Of a stretch of 47,182 nucleotides of DNA, positions 10,794 to 25,800 are shown piece after piece. This DNA comes from Octopus bimaculoides. Lineage: Eukaryota. Position 1 is the first letter of the stretch, and each line of letters begins with the position of its first letter. The notes beneath the pieces were generated by a model. That model was given only the letters and a program-made list of their open reading frames with translations, searched no databases and had not been told where the DNA came from. The stretch lies in NCBI RefSeq assembly GCF_001194135.2, contig NC_068991.1, positions 28,833,086 through 28,880,267 of the forward strand. Reading direction: 5' to 3'. A program made the translations under genes and the position numbers.

Positions 10794-13700
10794 TATTGGT
10801 TCATCCCATAAATGATGCATTTTTTTAATACTTTTTTTTATACTACTTTTATTTTTCAAAATTAAGATAAAGTTCTTTTTTAATGTAAAATATACTCTCC
10901 TTCACTTTCTACAATACTCTTCCAGCTATCTGGTTGACTTGCAAGGTCCCTCTTCCAAAACTTACTTGTCTGTGTCAAAAAATACTCCTCCAGTACTGTT
11001 CTGACCTTCTCTACAGAATTCATATTTTTTCTGTCCTAATGATTTTGAAGACTGCGTAATAAATGATAACCAGATAGGGCAATATCTGGTGAATATGGTG
11101 GGTGGCGCATCGTTTCCCATTCAAACTGCTCCAGTCTTTGGAATGTCATCCTCTCTGTATGTGGCCAAGCATTATCCTGATGGAAGAACACCTTGTCTTG
11201 AAACTAATGATGGCCATTTTCCTTCTAGCGCTGACTTAAGCTGCTCAGGCTGCTTGCAGTAGATCTCCTTTGTTATTGTTTGGTTTGGGTTTAAAAGTTC
11301 AAAGTGGACTAAACCTTTCATATCCCACCAAACAAATAACAATACCTTACTTGAATGAAGACCTTCTTTAGCCAGGGGTGCCAGTGTTTCTCCTTTCCCT
11401 AGCCACTGTCTTCAGCACTTGACATTTTTATAGAGAACCCATTTCTTGTCACCAGTCACTGTTCAGTCCAAAAAAGTTTCATTTGTGACATGTGACAGCA
11501 AAGAAGAGCACACATTCACTTTGTGTGCGATTAGACTCGGAAAGTTTGTGAGAAACCCATTGACCCAATTTGGTGACTTTTCTGATGGCATGCAAGTGTC
11601 GATGTATGGTTGAATGACCAAATCCAAGCTTCTCTGTTAGTTCCTCAACAGTTATGATAGGATTTTGTTCCACCAGGGTTTGCAGGACATCCTTGTTGAG
11701 CTCTACAGATCTTCCAGGATGAAGCTTGTCTTTTAGGCTGTAGTTTCCAGCTTGGAATTTCTGAAACCACTGTTGACACTGGCTTATGCTTATTGTCCGA
11801 TCCGTATCATCATCATCATTTAACGTCCGCTTTCCATCCAAGCTGGCATGGGATGGACGGTTTGACTGATGGCTGGTGAGCCAGTAGGCTGCACCAGGCT
11901 CCAATCCGATCTGGCAATGTTTCTACAGTTGGATGCCCTTCCTAATGCCAACCACTCTGAGAGTGTAGTGGGGCCAATCAGCACGGGATCCAGTCACGTG
12001 GCACTGGCAATGACCATGCTCAAATAGTGCTTTTTATGTGCCACCAGTACTGACCAGTCAGCCGGCACTGGCATTGACCATGCTCGAATGGTACCTTCTA
12101 TGTACCACTGGCATGGGAGCCAGTCAGGTGGCACTGGCATCGACCACACTCGAATGGTGCTTTTTACATGCCACCAGCACGGGTGCCAATCAGGCGGTAC
12201 TGTCATTGGCCATGACAACGACTTCACTTGCTTCAACAGGTCTTCGCAAGCACAGATTATTGCCCAATGATTGAAGGGTGTTCTTAAATGGGCTGGTTAT
12301 GCTGACTGGCCTAGGCCACGGTTACGGTCTCACTCGGTTTGCCAGGTCTTCTCAAGCACAGCATATCTCCAAAGGTCTTGGTCACTTGTCATCGCCTCGG
12401 TGAGCCCCAATGTTCGAAGGTCATGCTTCACCACCTCATCCCAGGTCTTTCTAGGTCTACCTCTTCCACAGGTTCCCTCTACTGCTAGGGTGTGACACTT
12501 TTTCACACAGCTGTCCTCATCCATACCCAACACATGACCATACCAGCGCAGTCATCTCTCTTGCATACCACATCTGATGCTTCTTATGTCCAACTTTTCT
12601 CTCAGGGCGCTTACACTCTGTTGTGTATGCACATTGGCATTACACATCCATTGATGCATACTAGCTTCATTCCTTGCAAGCTTATGCATGTCCTCAGCAG
12701 TCACGGCCCTTGTATGTTATATGTATGTATGTATTGGGTCATCCCATACATGCATCATACATGTATGGGATGACCCATACAGTCTTTTACTCTGCGTCAC
12801 ACAGTCTTTTACTATGAGCGAGAGGCCCTTTGTTACCAGCAGAGGTAGGAGCTCTCTGGATTTTGCCCAACCTATTTTTATTCTAGCAGTTACACCCCCG
12901 CTACTGACTTGGTCACCTAGGTAACAGAAGCTATCAACTACTTATAGTTTTTCCCCCTGGAATGTCACAGAAGCTGTTTTCTGCACATTTCCAGTGTTTA
13001 CTGCCCCTGAGCATTTGCCACACACAGGTCATGAGCACAAAGAAGCTCCCAGGGGTATCCTGTCTTGAATTCTTCTGTTATTGCCTGGAGGACTATGATG
13101 AATAAGAGGGGGCTGAGGACTGATCCTTGGTGGACCCCTACTCCTACGCAGAATTCTTCACTGTATTCGTTGCTAACCTTCACCTTAATGACAGCGTCCC
13201 TGTACATGGCTTGTACAGCTCTCACTAACCACTCATCTATCCCTAGTTTCTGCATTGATCACCAGATAAGGGACTGGGGGACTCTGTCAAAGGCTTTCTC
13301 CTTGTCAACGTAAACCAGGTACTGAGGTTTATCTTTGGCTAGGTATTTCTCCTGCAGCTGCAGCAGTTAGCTTTATCTACCAAAGTACTGTCAATTCAGA
13401 TAGCTGGTCCCTCTGTTGGGTCGACATTTGGCAGACTCTTTTTCCCAGAGTCTATATCCCCCTCTATTTTGTCAAAAGCTTCGAGTAAAACGTCTCTAAA
13501 TCTCTGTCCATTCACAGGATCCTTAAGCTTCCAGACCCTTCTCCTCTATGCTGGTCATCTTCTGGGCATCCATTTAGCCCTGATCCTGAAGTCGCTAACT
13601 ACTAATCTATGTTGAGGGGTACATTCTTCGCCTGGGAAAGTTTTGGCATTTATAAGTAGCCATCTTTCCTGTTTCCTGGCAAGGATGTAATCAATTTGAC

Positions 13701-14390
13701 TAGTGTGTCCACCAGATTGGTTGGTTAATAGGTGGCTGGCAGGTTTCCTGAAGTTAGTATTACAAACCATAAGATCATTTGCATCGCAGAACTCCAGCAG
13801 CCTGGTTCCCTCTTCATTGTGGGAACCAAAACCATAGCCTCCATGTATACCATGGAAAACCCCTGTCATTCATCAACAAGGTAGTCTGCAAGAGGGTGTC
13901 ATAAAATCAGTCTTTCTGTTCATCAGGTAACCCCGGTTGAGGGGCATAGGCCAAGATAATGGTTGCTAAACCATGTTGCAGCACTAATCTAATCTATTTT
14001 ATCACAGATTCCGACTACCTCGATTACCTTATCAACCTATTTCTCCACAAGAGTATACCCACACCCCCAACCCCGTCAGTGTTCCCTGCCCAGAAAATCT
14101 TGTACTTATGCTCTTCGCCTGTGAGGAACCTAGCAGAACTTCCTCTCCACCTTACTTCTTGGATGCAGCACAAATCTACATGTCTCTGTTTAGACACCTC
14201 AATAATCTCACTAGACCTACCTTTCAGTGTGCCAACGTTAAGTATACCAACCCTGAGGGTGTGGGAGGTGTGGGCCTGTGAGACCTTGAGACAAGGGATA
14301 GCATGTTGATGCAGGTAGTTTATCCCATCCTTCTCTGACTTTTAGTTCATGCAATTGAAAAAACCGCATTATTTATGAGATGGCCCAATA
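10794..14390 (-). mobile_element. Mariner (Tc1/mariner) element with both TIRs, decayed transposase, RTE nested inside
   Basis: Left TA+ttggttcatcccataaatgatgc matches the reverse complement of right gcattatttatgagatggcccaa+TA. The minus strand encodes an HTH (QWFQKFQAGNYSL...LGFGHSTIHRHLHAIRKV, ORF 11479..11904), WWDMKG and HPPYSPDIALSGYHL (about 11059-11112), with stops and frameshifts. Confidence 0.92.
11806..14297 (-). mobile_element. RTE-clade LINE, internally deleted, inserted in the mariner
   Basis: APE remnants (VGILNVGTLKGRS..LCCIQEVRWRG near 14270-14150; ORF 13555..13869 with SQIDYIL); RT remnant (ORF 12998..13255, GVHQGSVLSPLLF, YADD decayed to CAHD); RTE C-terminus GRGRPRKTW (ORF 12330..12533); 3'UTR with (GAT)n tail at 11806. 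Confidence 0.93.
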
Positions 14391-14613
14391 TATGTGTGTG
14401 TGTGTGTGTCATTGTGTTTGTGTTTGTCCTGCACCACTACTTGACATGATCATTTTCATCATCATCATCCTGTTGTGTTGTTTTCACTCTTATCCTCTCC
14501 ACCTTCTCTCATTGTCATCTACATTCAAACTGTTCCTTTTTAACTTTCTATTGCAGGTATTCAACATATTCTGGGGTTTATACTGCTACAGAAATTGTTT
14601 TTACTTGTTTTAA

Positions 14614-14739
<126 letters not shown>

Positions 14740-16585
14740 TGACTAGCAGTGCATCCAGGTGTTATGACCTACAAGCACATTGTATTATTTGTTCCTTTCT
14801 TATGGGCAGAATCGGCACAGCTGATATATAGTTAATGGAATAATGGAAGTTATTTTTTGTTTAATAGTGAAAGGTGAGGGTACAATTTGTATGGGCTTGC
14901 ATGGAAGTGCTTTCTGTTCTTAAGAAGGATCAGAAACTATGTATTATTTCATCATATAAACGGGGGTTAATACGATTTTGTCCAGAAATCACGTTTTTAA
15001 AATTTTAATTTTCCGTTATCCCCACTGCAATTTCTTAATTTGTAACTTGTTTTCAAATTTTTTTTTTTGTTATCTACATAGAAAAATACCGAGATTATGA
15101 ATCTGGGAAATATATATATATGAGGTGATAGGTAAAATTCGTAAAGATTCGTACTCTCTGTTTTTCCTCCATGGATTACCAAGAACAGACATCTAAAAAA
15201 AAGTAAAAAATGAATTTTGTGTGGAGAGGGAGAAAATTAGAATATTGAGAATATGTTTGTGGGTGAAATTCGAATCTCCTGTATCGTAAACATAAGAATT
15301 GGAAGAAATTTAGGAAAAATAATAAGGGCGGGGACAGAAATGTCACTTTGGACATGCTAGAAAGAAGAGGTAAAGGACAGAATTTCTGGGGAAACTTCCT
15401 TTTAAGTTAATGTCGAAGATCAGGTTTAAAAAGATCATTTCCATTGGATTTGAGCCGTAAATTTGCACATGCACACTGCAAGAATTAACATAATTTGTAC
15501 AGAAGTTTTACCTAGAGTGTGTGTGTGTATGTGTGTGTGTGTGTGTGTGTCAAAGGAAGTTATTTTATGGCATTCTTTCATTGGAAGAAGCAAAGTTGTC
15601 AACTCAACATATATGGGATCATATGATTGTTTGTTAATTTCCGTAAAATTGTTTTAATTTCTGTATGCTTTGAAGAGAGCAGAAATTGAAAGAGAGGTTA
15701 AAGTGAAAAGATGACATTTGCTTTGAAGTGAGAGGAGAAAGTGTAAGATGTATATAAAATGGACATGAGAGAAAGAGAGAGTGAGTGAGTGAAGGTGTAT
15801 GTTGTGATGTATGGATTTTTTTGCATGTATGTGCAAGTGGCACTCAGTCTTTCTCTCTCTCTCTCTCTCTCTCACACATCTTTCATATACATGCAAATAG
15901 GCAGAGGTAAAGAATACACACACCACCTGTTTTTGACATAACCCTAACCTTAAACACCTGGAGTGCGTATCCTTGACCTTCGCCCCTAAATACATATGCA
16001 TACATCTTTTTTTGTGTATGAGAGAGAGTGAGGCTGTATTTCCTCATAACATATAGAAAAATTGATGTCTTTTAATGCAATTTTTTTGGTTGTGACTTAT
16101 TTTAATACAATATTTATGTGTACATTTTAATAAATGCTTGTCTGAGTAGAATTCTACGCATGTGTGAAACATCGGACAAAAGTAATACATTAGAAGCAAA
16201 TCAAAATATTGTCCAAAAATGACCTCAAAATTGTGTAACCCAATCTAGTTGCTGAGGTTATTTTAGTTGTAAAAAAAGATTTGTTGAGTCAAAAACATAG
16301 CTTATTTGGTAGATAGATAATAAGCAGCTTTCTTTATTACCATACAGATGTGACTAATTCGAAGAAACATTACTTTCATTATTCACACATCATCACTCTC
16401 GTAATGCAACACTTTGTAATTTTGGTTCAAATTGAAAGTGTGAAACTATTTTCATTTTCTAATGAAACCTGGTTGTTGTAGCGAAGTGTATTCGAAATAA
16501 CTATAGCTGGTTATTGAGATAACATTGAAATATGTAAATGAAAATAAAGTTTATTTGACGTGTGGAATTGATTTGATTGTTCTGG

Positions 16586-16811
16586 AAGGTGGAAAGCTGG
16601 CAAAATCGTTAGAATGCTGGGCAAAATGCTTGAGCGGTATTTTGCTTGTCTTTACATTCTGAGTTCAAATGCTGCCGGGGTCAACTTTGCCTTTCATCCT
16701 TTTAGGGTCAATAAATTAAGTACATGTGAGACACTGGGGTTGATGTAATCGACTGGTCCCCTTCCCCGAAATTTCAGGCCTTGTGCCTATAGTAGAAAGG
16801 ATTTGATTATT
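16586..16811 (+). mobile_element. SINE family A copy
   Basis: Full head, core and tail. Confidence 0.78.
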
Positions 16812-17094
16812 CAGGTCTTAACATCAGCTGGTAAGAAGTCATTTGACGACACCCTTTTGTTTGTAATTGGCTATCCTGTTCCAGGTTCAATCCAAAGAGT
16901 ATTGAAATAATTCCCATCTTGTCCATTCCACAGAATAAGAGTATACTGGAGAGCATCCTAAAAGGGATGAGTCTGTGAAGCATGTTTAAGTTTGTTATCT
17001 TGAGCACGAATGAGAATATCATGATTTTCAATGGGATCACCAACCATAAGGATGGCTACTTCATTAGAACTGGGCTCATTAAAAAGTGTAAACT

Positions 17095-17553
17095 GAAATC
17101 AAAATCGAATTAAACTCGACGACTGGCACCCATGCCAACGTCGTCTCCTTCATTGGAAACGAAACTCAGCTTGCGAAGACCTATTGGGGCAAGCAAAAGT
17201 GAAACCGTCATGGCACCTGTGCCCAGCATCGCCTTCCTGGCACGTGTAAAGACATTCGAGCGAGATCGTTGCCAGTGCTGCCGAACTGGCTCCTGTGCAG
17301 GTAGCACGTAAAATACACCATTTTGAGCGTAGCCGTTGCCAATACCGCCTGATAGGCCTTCGTGCCGGTGGCACATAAAAGCACCCACTACACTCTCTGA
17401 GTGGTTGGCGTTAGGAAGGGCATCCAGCTGTAGAAACTCTGCCAAATCAGATTGGAGCCTGGTGTAGCCATCTGGTTTCACCAGTCCTCAGTCAAATCGT
17501 CCAACCCATGCTAGTATGGAAAGCGGACGTTAAACGACGACGACGACGATGAT
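17095..17553 (+). mobile_element. RTE 3'-end copy with GAC/GAT tail
   Basis: Well-preserved match to the RTE 3'UTR; ends gttaaacgacgacgacgacgatgatg. Confidence 0.85.
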
Positions 17554-18774
17554 GTTCTTTACTATAGTTTACTAAAGATGTAACGAATGCAGAAACACTC
17601 ACACACTCATAGAATTGATAATATTGAAAACAACAAAACGTACACACATAAAGTTCAAGCAAAATGAAATGTAGTCAATATAGGTGCAAAACATACTTTC
17701 TGTAGCATAATTATGCTATAAAAAAAATGGAAAGTCACCAATTTAGCAAAAATTACTATGTGTCACCAATGTAAGAAAGTACAGAAAGTCAACATTTATG
17801 TGGAACATTTACTAAATGTTATAAAATTCACGATTGAATGAATGGCACGGTGAAGAAAGTGAAAGTCCAAGAAAATTCAGAAGACATAATTCAATTTTTC
17901 TTACAAAAATAATTTATTTTACAATTTTGAAATAAACGTTGAACCAAGTGTATAAAAAGGAAGATGCTGTTGTTGTCAATGTTAATTTAAAATATTTGCT
18001 GAAGGATGTATGTAGCAAGATATAAATTAATTTGATATTACTATATATTTTTGAACTGTGTAACGTTATAGGCTGTAGAATAAATACTGACTAACACAGT
18101 AAAACAGTTGTGCGACGTTGATACTCACAGTGATGAAGAATACAAGGACTGTTAAAAAGAAACGTTATCCTGAAACTGGTTAGGAGTGGAATAACATTTC
18201 TGTAATTATATTGAAAGAGTCACTGAGGCTTTCTACTTCGCCAAGTTCCCGAATTTGTTATAATAACCAGAATAATATTTTTTTCCCGATATATTTGCGA
18301 GTATTGTGAGTGGTGTTAAAATCAGCGAAATCTTCATGTTGATACTACTTGAAAGTGAACGTTGTTGTTTGTTTGAAGTCCAGGCCACAAGTAAACTTAA
18401 TATCAGCATGTTGTGAGTGGGGAGTTACATACATAAACTAAAAGACACACACATGTACATTAATGCACACCTGAAGCCTATCTCTGTCCCTGTGTGTGTC
18501 TGTTTCTGTCTTTAGATGTGTGTGTCAGTTGTCATAAAAATGTATATATACTGTGACACACACCATCACACACATATACTTGTCAGTCATTGGCCTAACA
18601 TAGGTAACGAACACGCGAACACACTCATATAGAAAATGTGATGTCATCGTCATTGTGGTGGTGATATAAAATGTCGTTTATGATGTGACTAAAAGAAAAA
18701 TGACAATGTTAAATTTTTGAAATGCAAATATGTGAATGAAAATATAGTTTAGTAACATACGCACACACACACAT

Positions 18775-19100
18775 TGCTATGTTCCGAGTTCAAATTCCAC
18801 TGAGGTTGACTTTGCCTTTCATCCTTTTGGAATCAATGCGATCAATTATCTCCTTTCCCTCAAATTCCAGGCCTTGTGCCTATAGTAAAAAGGATTATTA
18901 TTATTGTTAAAAAGCATCATATTGGTGAACTCATTTGAATGTCAGACAAAATGCATGTTGTGCTATTTGTCCTGGCTTTTTACATTCTGTGTACAAATCT
19001 CAACAAGGTTAACTTTGCATTTAATTTTCCTGGAGTTGATAAAATAAAAAAACAAGTTAAGCACTGGGGCAGTGGGGTCATTGCAATCAATTTATCTCAT
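18775..19100 (+). mobile_element. Two adjacent SINE family A copies
   Basis: Two core motifs separated by an (ATT)n tail. Confidence 0.65.
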
Positions 19101-19247
19101 TGGTAGCCTTTGATAATTCTTCATTTGCTTCTAAATTGTTGTACCAAGTTATCTTTCTTTTGCTAACAACCATGGAAATAATGATGGTGTGATTCTTCAT
19201 GTTGCCAGAGCATGTATTATGTGTGTGTATGTATACCCACACACACC

Positions 19248-19278
<31 letters not shown>

Positions 19279-19492
19279 ACCTGTTTTCTTTGTTCAGACA
19301 AGATTGCTACTACAACTTTAGTTCTACTGTTTCTTATACAATTTATCTTCAGTCATTCTTGAAAATTTTAACCTAACAATCCATAATCCCAGTTGATGTT
19401 GCAGCTACTACTTTTCTACAAAAAAAAAAAAAGAAATTATTTATTCAGTCATCTTTTAAATAGTTTCCAGATATTACTGTAGAATGTTATAG

Positions 19493-19633
<141 letters not shown>

Positions 19634-19792
19634 TAAAGTCATGTGACAACCAAACTTTTTTTTTGTTTTGATTGTTTGTGAAACAGCAAAGGAAGAATGT
19701 GAAGAGTTTACAAATATCATAGTGAGTTTGTATATGTTTCAGTGATATGTTTATTGGGACGTGTTCCATCATTTTTAATATTGGTTAAAACT

Positions 19793-20012
19793 AGGCAGTG
19801 AGCTGGCAGAATCGTTAGCATGCTGGCTAAAATGCTTAGCAGCTCATGATCTGCCTTTACATTCTGAGTTCAAATTCTACCAAGGTCGACTTTGTCTTTC
19901 ATCTTTTTGGGAATCGATAAAATAAATATCAGTTGGGCAATGGTAGGGTTGATGTAATCAACTTACCTCGTCCCTTGAACTTGCTAGCCTTGTGTCAAAA
20001 TTTGAAACCAGT
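19793..20012 (+). mobile_element. SINE family A copy
   Basis: ggcagtgagctggcagaatcgttagcatg...ccttgtgtcaaaatttgaaacc. Confidence 0.8.
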
Positions 20013-20141
20013 ATTGATTAAAACTTTAAAAAAAAAAATGGCAGACAGGATAAAGCTGTGAAAAATTTTGATGATTTTACTCAAATTGTTGATGTGTTCA
20101 AAAACAAACTCATGTATCTGAAATGCTTATGTACTTTTTAA

Positions 20142-20321
<180 letters not shown>

Positions 20322-21037
20322 TGATTTTTTCTGGTTTTTTAATTTTCTTTGAGTAAATTAAAAAAAAAATATTAACATCACAATAGTAGTAATGAACAGG
20401 ATGTTTAACTGCATCCAGCACTGAGACCCCAGCATAGAATTTCAAGAAGCCTTAGAAGTGTGGAGTACCCCTTAGTCACCTGTACTTCCAGGTCCATCTC
20501 TGGTCTGGGGTGGTAGCATCTGTCAAAAGCCCCAATCATGGATCAGATCACAGAAAATGGTCCTGTGGCTGAGGCATACAAGACGATATAATGCCCTAAG
20601 TGTATTTTTAATGTTTACCATTACTCTTCTACAGTGTAATTGTTTTATATGTAGTATATAAATAGAAGGGGTACTCAGTATTTGGAGCAGGGTTTATTTT
20701 TGGTCATCATTTTGTTGTCTGAAACAATGCAGAAAGCAAGAAACTCAGATCAGCAATGAAATATACTTGATAAAAATCATTAACGTGATTTTTATCCTTA
20801 TAGTATAGTCTTTTATATATACTATATATAGCTTAGTCACCCGTATTGCAAAAAGCTTGGTTGTGGAAAATTTAAATGTTTTTAAATAATTATGTCCAGA
20901 TTAAAAGGGGTGTTGGATCATCAGCTGTCAGAAAATGGGTGAAATGAAAACAGTGAGAAAGAGACTGAGTGAGTTGCAACTTAGACTCTTGTTAGACCTC
21001 ATCAGTTCCTTAATGTGTCTTTCTTTTCCACTTGTAG

Positions 21038-21271
<234 letters not shown>

Positions 21272-21701
21272 TGACAACAACTCTATACATCTTGATCCTG
21301 TACCATCTCATAAGGGAAGCTCAGTGTTTTCGGATCTGGATTAATCTCTTCTTCCTTTACTTACTTTCATGACAGTCACATTTCACCACCAAGATTCTTT
21401 AAATTATTTCTACAAAATTGAAGGAATCGGTAACATTTAACAAGAAGTTGATGTCATCATCATCACAGGCTAATGAGGAATCCTGTACCTTGACACTTGA
21501 GCTATCAGAAATAACTGCCACATTTGCCTCATATAACAATTTAATATCTCAAGCGAAAGATCAGATACAGTGGATAATATGTTCCTAGATACACAATGCC
21601 TGAAAAGAATAGACAGGATGATGACATCTGGAATGTTGCTCTGTTGTATCTGAGCTAACTTGGGTTTAGATGCAACAATAATATTCCAAACAGTATCAAA
21701 T

Positions 21702-22130
21702 ATCATCGTCATTTAATGTCCGTTTTCCATGCTAGCATGGGTTGGACGATTTGACTGAGGACTGGTGGACCAGGAGGCGACACCAGGCTCCAATCAGAGT
21801 TTCTACAGCTGGATGCCCTTCCCAACGCCAACCACTCGGAGAGTGTAGTGGATGCTTTTACGTGCCACCGGCACGAGGGCCAGTCAGGCGGGTACTGGCA
21901 ACGGCCACGCTTGAAATGGTGTATTTTATGTGCCACCCGCACAGGAGCCAGTTCGGCAGCACTGGCAACGATCTCGCTCGGATGTCTTTTCACGTGCCAC
22001 TGGCACAAGTGCCAGGAAGGCGACACTGGTGCTATTTACATGCCACTGGCCCAGAAGCCAGACAGCTGCTCTGGCAACGATCACGCTTGGACGGTGCTCT
22101 TAGTGCTCCACTGGTACAGGTGCCATAAAA
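21702..22130 (-). mobile_element. RTE 3'-end copy
   Basis: catcgtcatttaatgtccgttttccatgctagcatgggttggacg plus the internal repeat modules. Confidence 0.85.
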
Positions 22131-22210
22131 TATTATTGTAAAGTACAATTACAACTGTGTAATTGATATTAGTATGTTACTTATTGTAATGCCACCCTCT
22201 GTTCTCTTAA

Positions 22211-22428
22211 TATTGGTTTCAAATTTTGGCACAAAGCCAGCAAGTTTTGGGGAAGAGACTAGTTGAGTACATTGACCTCTGTGTTCAACTGGTGCTTATT
22301 TTATCATCCCCTCCAGGAGAAAAGGGAGAGTTGACCTTGGTGGAATTTGAACTCAGAATGTAAAGATGGCTGAAACGCTGCTAAGCATTTTGCCCCATGT
22401 GCTAACAATTCTGCCAGCTCACCACCTT
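22211..22428 (-). mobile_element. SINE family A copy
   Basis: Reverse complement of the family A core. Confidence 0.78.
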
Positions 22429-22739
22429 CCCAGCTGTCTTAATATTAACCACCAATATAGCTATGTGGTTACAGTATTCGTTTCAGAATCCCAAGGTCTT
22501 AGGTTTGATCCCCATTGTGTGACACCTTGGGCAAGTATCTTTTGCAGGGGTTCCCAAACATATTCTTCCTATGTACCCTTTCAACATGTCTTGCATTGTT
22601 GGTGTATCACTTCATGTCTGGCATTGTTAGTGTATCCATTCATTTTGTCTGGGAGTGTTGAGTAACCCTTCATCATGTTTAGCAATGTTGGCATTTGCTA
22701 TATATATATATATATATATATATATGAAGNNNNNNNNNN

Positions 22740-22774
<35 letters not shown>

Positions 22775-23345
22775 GAATATCATCATCATCTTCATTTAAT
22801 ATCCATTTTTCATGTTGCATGTGTTGGATGGTTTGATAGAAGCTGGCTAGGAAGAAGGCTGCACCAGACTTCATTGTTTGTTTGGGCATGGTTTTTGTAG
22901 CTGGATGCCCTTCCTAACACCAACCACCTTACAGTGAGGGAAAATAAGTGGGTACTATAGAATAGACAATAGACATGTATTATCTGGTAGGAATTTAATT
23001 TTATTTAGAGTTCAAATCCTTCTGTGGACAACTTATACTTCCAGGAGCGATAAAGGACCAGTTAAGTACTGGGAGTGGTATAAATGACTCTCCTCCCTAA
23101 AAATTTCTGACCTTGTGCCTATATAAGAAAGCAATTTCATTACATTTAATGTTAAAATTTTGGAGATGCTGAATACCTTTTGTTCACAATGATGAGTGTA
23201 CAAGGACTGCAAAAGGCTCTTGCCACATATTTTAGATACATACGTTACACTTTGTTGTTTACAATTACTTTAAAATTCCCATGATTTTTTTCAAACCTCA
23301 TGTTTGGAAGCCCATTAAATATATATATATATATATATATATATA

Positions 23346-23441
23346 CTGGAGCCTGGTGTTGCCATCCGGTTTCACCAGTCCTCAGTCAAATCGTCCAACC
23401 CATGCTAGCATGGAAAGCGGACGTTAAACGATGATGATGAT
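23346..23441 (+). mobile_element. Short 5'-truncated RTE 3'-end copy next to a (TA)n tract
   Basis: About 96 nt, near-identical to the terminal part of the other copies. Confidence 0.85.
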
Positions 23442-23968
23442 ATACACACACACACACATATGTATATAAAATCATCACCAGTGTTTATTTGTCTGGTAGC
23501 CTTAGCAAAAGAGGTTGTGTTTGAACCAGATTGAAAGGGCTGAAAACAGATATTTTCCTCTTTGGCCAAGCCCTCATTAATTTTTTTTAGTTTCACTTGA
23601 AAAGAAAAATGAAGAGGATAAAGTACTGCCTCTCAGCAATTTTGTTGAAAGATAGGTGAATGTGGCAAGAACGGTCTGAGTGAACTGGCCTACTCTAAGC
23701 ATGCACCTGTAGATGATGTGAAGAGAGCACTTGCCCTAGTGATCAGGGCAACTGTGTTTTTGTAACATTTCCACTAGCAGCCCTAAGAAGTCTCCCACTT
23801 ATGGGGAATCAATCTTTGTTAGTATTTATATTGTTACTGTTTTTGTTTTTTCATGCTTCTTTATGTAACCCCACATCATATTGATCTGTATATCATCCCC
23901 AAATATTTTTTGTAAACCCTTGTAGTGAATAAAGAAAACATTATTATTTTTTTTATTATCATTATTAG

Positions 23969-24094
<126 letters not shown>

Positions 24095-24964
24095 TAAGTA
24101 AACCTTTTGATTTTATTGTAACCTTTACATTCAATCCCTGTAAAGAATTGATAGATGTTATTTACCAATTTGTTGTCTTGAAGCTATTCTAAATATCACA
24201 GGAACTGTCTTCTCTCCTACCTCTATTTACTGGGATAATGTTTAGTTGTCCAAAATATAAAGGGACTGGTATGTTAAAAGAATACTGTGTTATGTGATAT
24301 TATCATTACTCAGTGTCTTTATTGGTTGAGGCTCATATCATCTAAGTATCCTCCTCTTTTTTGTCTACATGTTTCATTCTTCTTTATCACTTCCATCTCT
24401 GTTGGTTTAAATAAAACCTATATTTCTTGAGCACTGCACCAGACTACAGTCTGATTTGGTTTGGTTTCTAACACCAACCACTTCATAGTGTACTGGGTCC
24501 CTTTTACATGTCACTGGCACAGGTGCCTTTTACGTATCTCTGGCATGGGTGCATTTCATATGTAACCGGCACAGGTGCCTCTTATGTTTCACTGGGACAG
24601 GTACCTTTTATGCGTCACCGGCATGGACACCTTGTATGTGTCACTGACACTGGCCACAACTAAGATTTCATTCAGCTTGATGTATCTTCTCAAGCAAACC
24701 ATAGGGTTCCATATGATCACTGTCTGTTTTGGGGTTTTTATTGTTTGTTTCTTTTTTTTTTTTGTGCTCTTTAGACAATATAATGTAAAGTCTTCTTTTT
24801 TTAACAGAAAATCAACCTAACATATGTTACTTTATTGAAAAGACTTTGTACCTCTATCCCGATACAGCTAAATGGAGTCATAGACTATCTGAGTATCCTG
24901 TTGAAAGATAGAACATATAACCCATAGTCTCAATATATTTATGATTTAGATATTTTCCTTGTAG

Positions 24965-25171
<207 letters not shown>

Positions 25172-25429
25172 TAATTTAGGTTTCCATTTGTGTGTTTGTG
25201 TGTAGTATAGTATTGGGTATTGCAGAGTGTTGTGTATGTCTAGTAAAGTTGTGTGTTTATGTTCATGCAAAGTGGTGTAGAGTGATGGCCAACTGTGAGA
25301 ACCCCATAAATGTTATCCAGCAATCTCACCAATTCTCTTCTTTTTAGATTGAGAAAAATAAATATCAAACAACTAAGACATCACCAGAAATCTTTCCATG
25401 TTAGCTATAATACTGTTTGGCTACTGCTG

Positions 25430-25800
25430 TCAGCATTATTGTGATGATATGTAGATCTGGAGAAATTACAGATATGCTAGAGTGGAGGAGAATAGATGTG
25501 TTTTGTAGAAGAGGTAAGATGGAAGTGGGAAACTTTAACTAGATTCTTTGTGGGTAAGGAACATGGGTATAAATTATTCTGAGTATGTAACATTACTGGA
25601 GTTCATGGAATAGGCAGAAAAATAAATAAATAAATTGAAGATACTAGGAGTATGTGATGGAATAATTAAGTTTAGACTTGTTGTGGGAAACACAGTGACA
25701 GTGATTTCTGCATATCTACCATAATCAGGACCGTTTCAATGAGGTCATCTTGCAGGCCACTTTTATAAATGATGACAGTGACTTTGGTCCTATAACTAAT
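25430..25800 (+). mobile_element. Degenerate RTE endonuclease-region fragment
   Basis: Collinear with the reverse complement of the 13900-14230 APE region; many stops. Confidence 0.5.

Noticed and set aside
15930-15945. aaccctaacc telomere-like sequence
   Set aside because: Under two units; expected by chance.
18125-18185. gtgatgaag...gaaacg resembling a Penelope-associated hammerhead end
   Set aside because: The core is GTGATGA rather than CTGATGA and no stem II forms; too degenerate to call.
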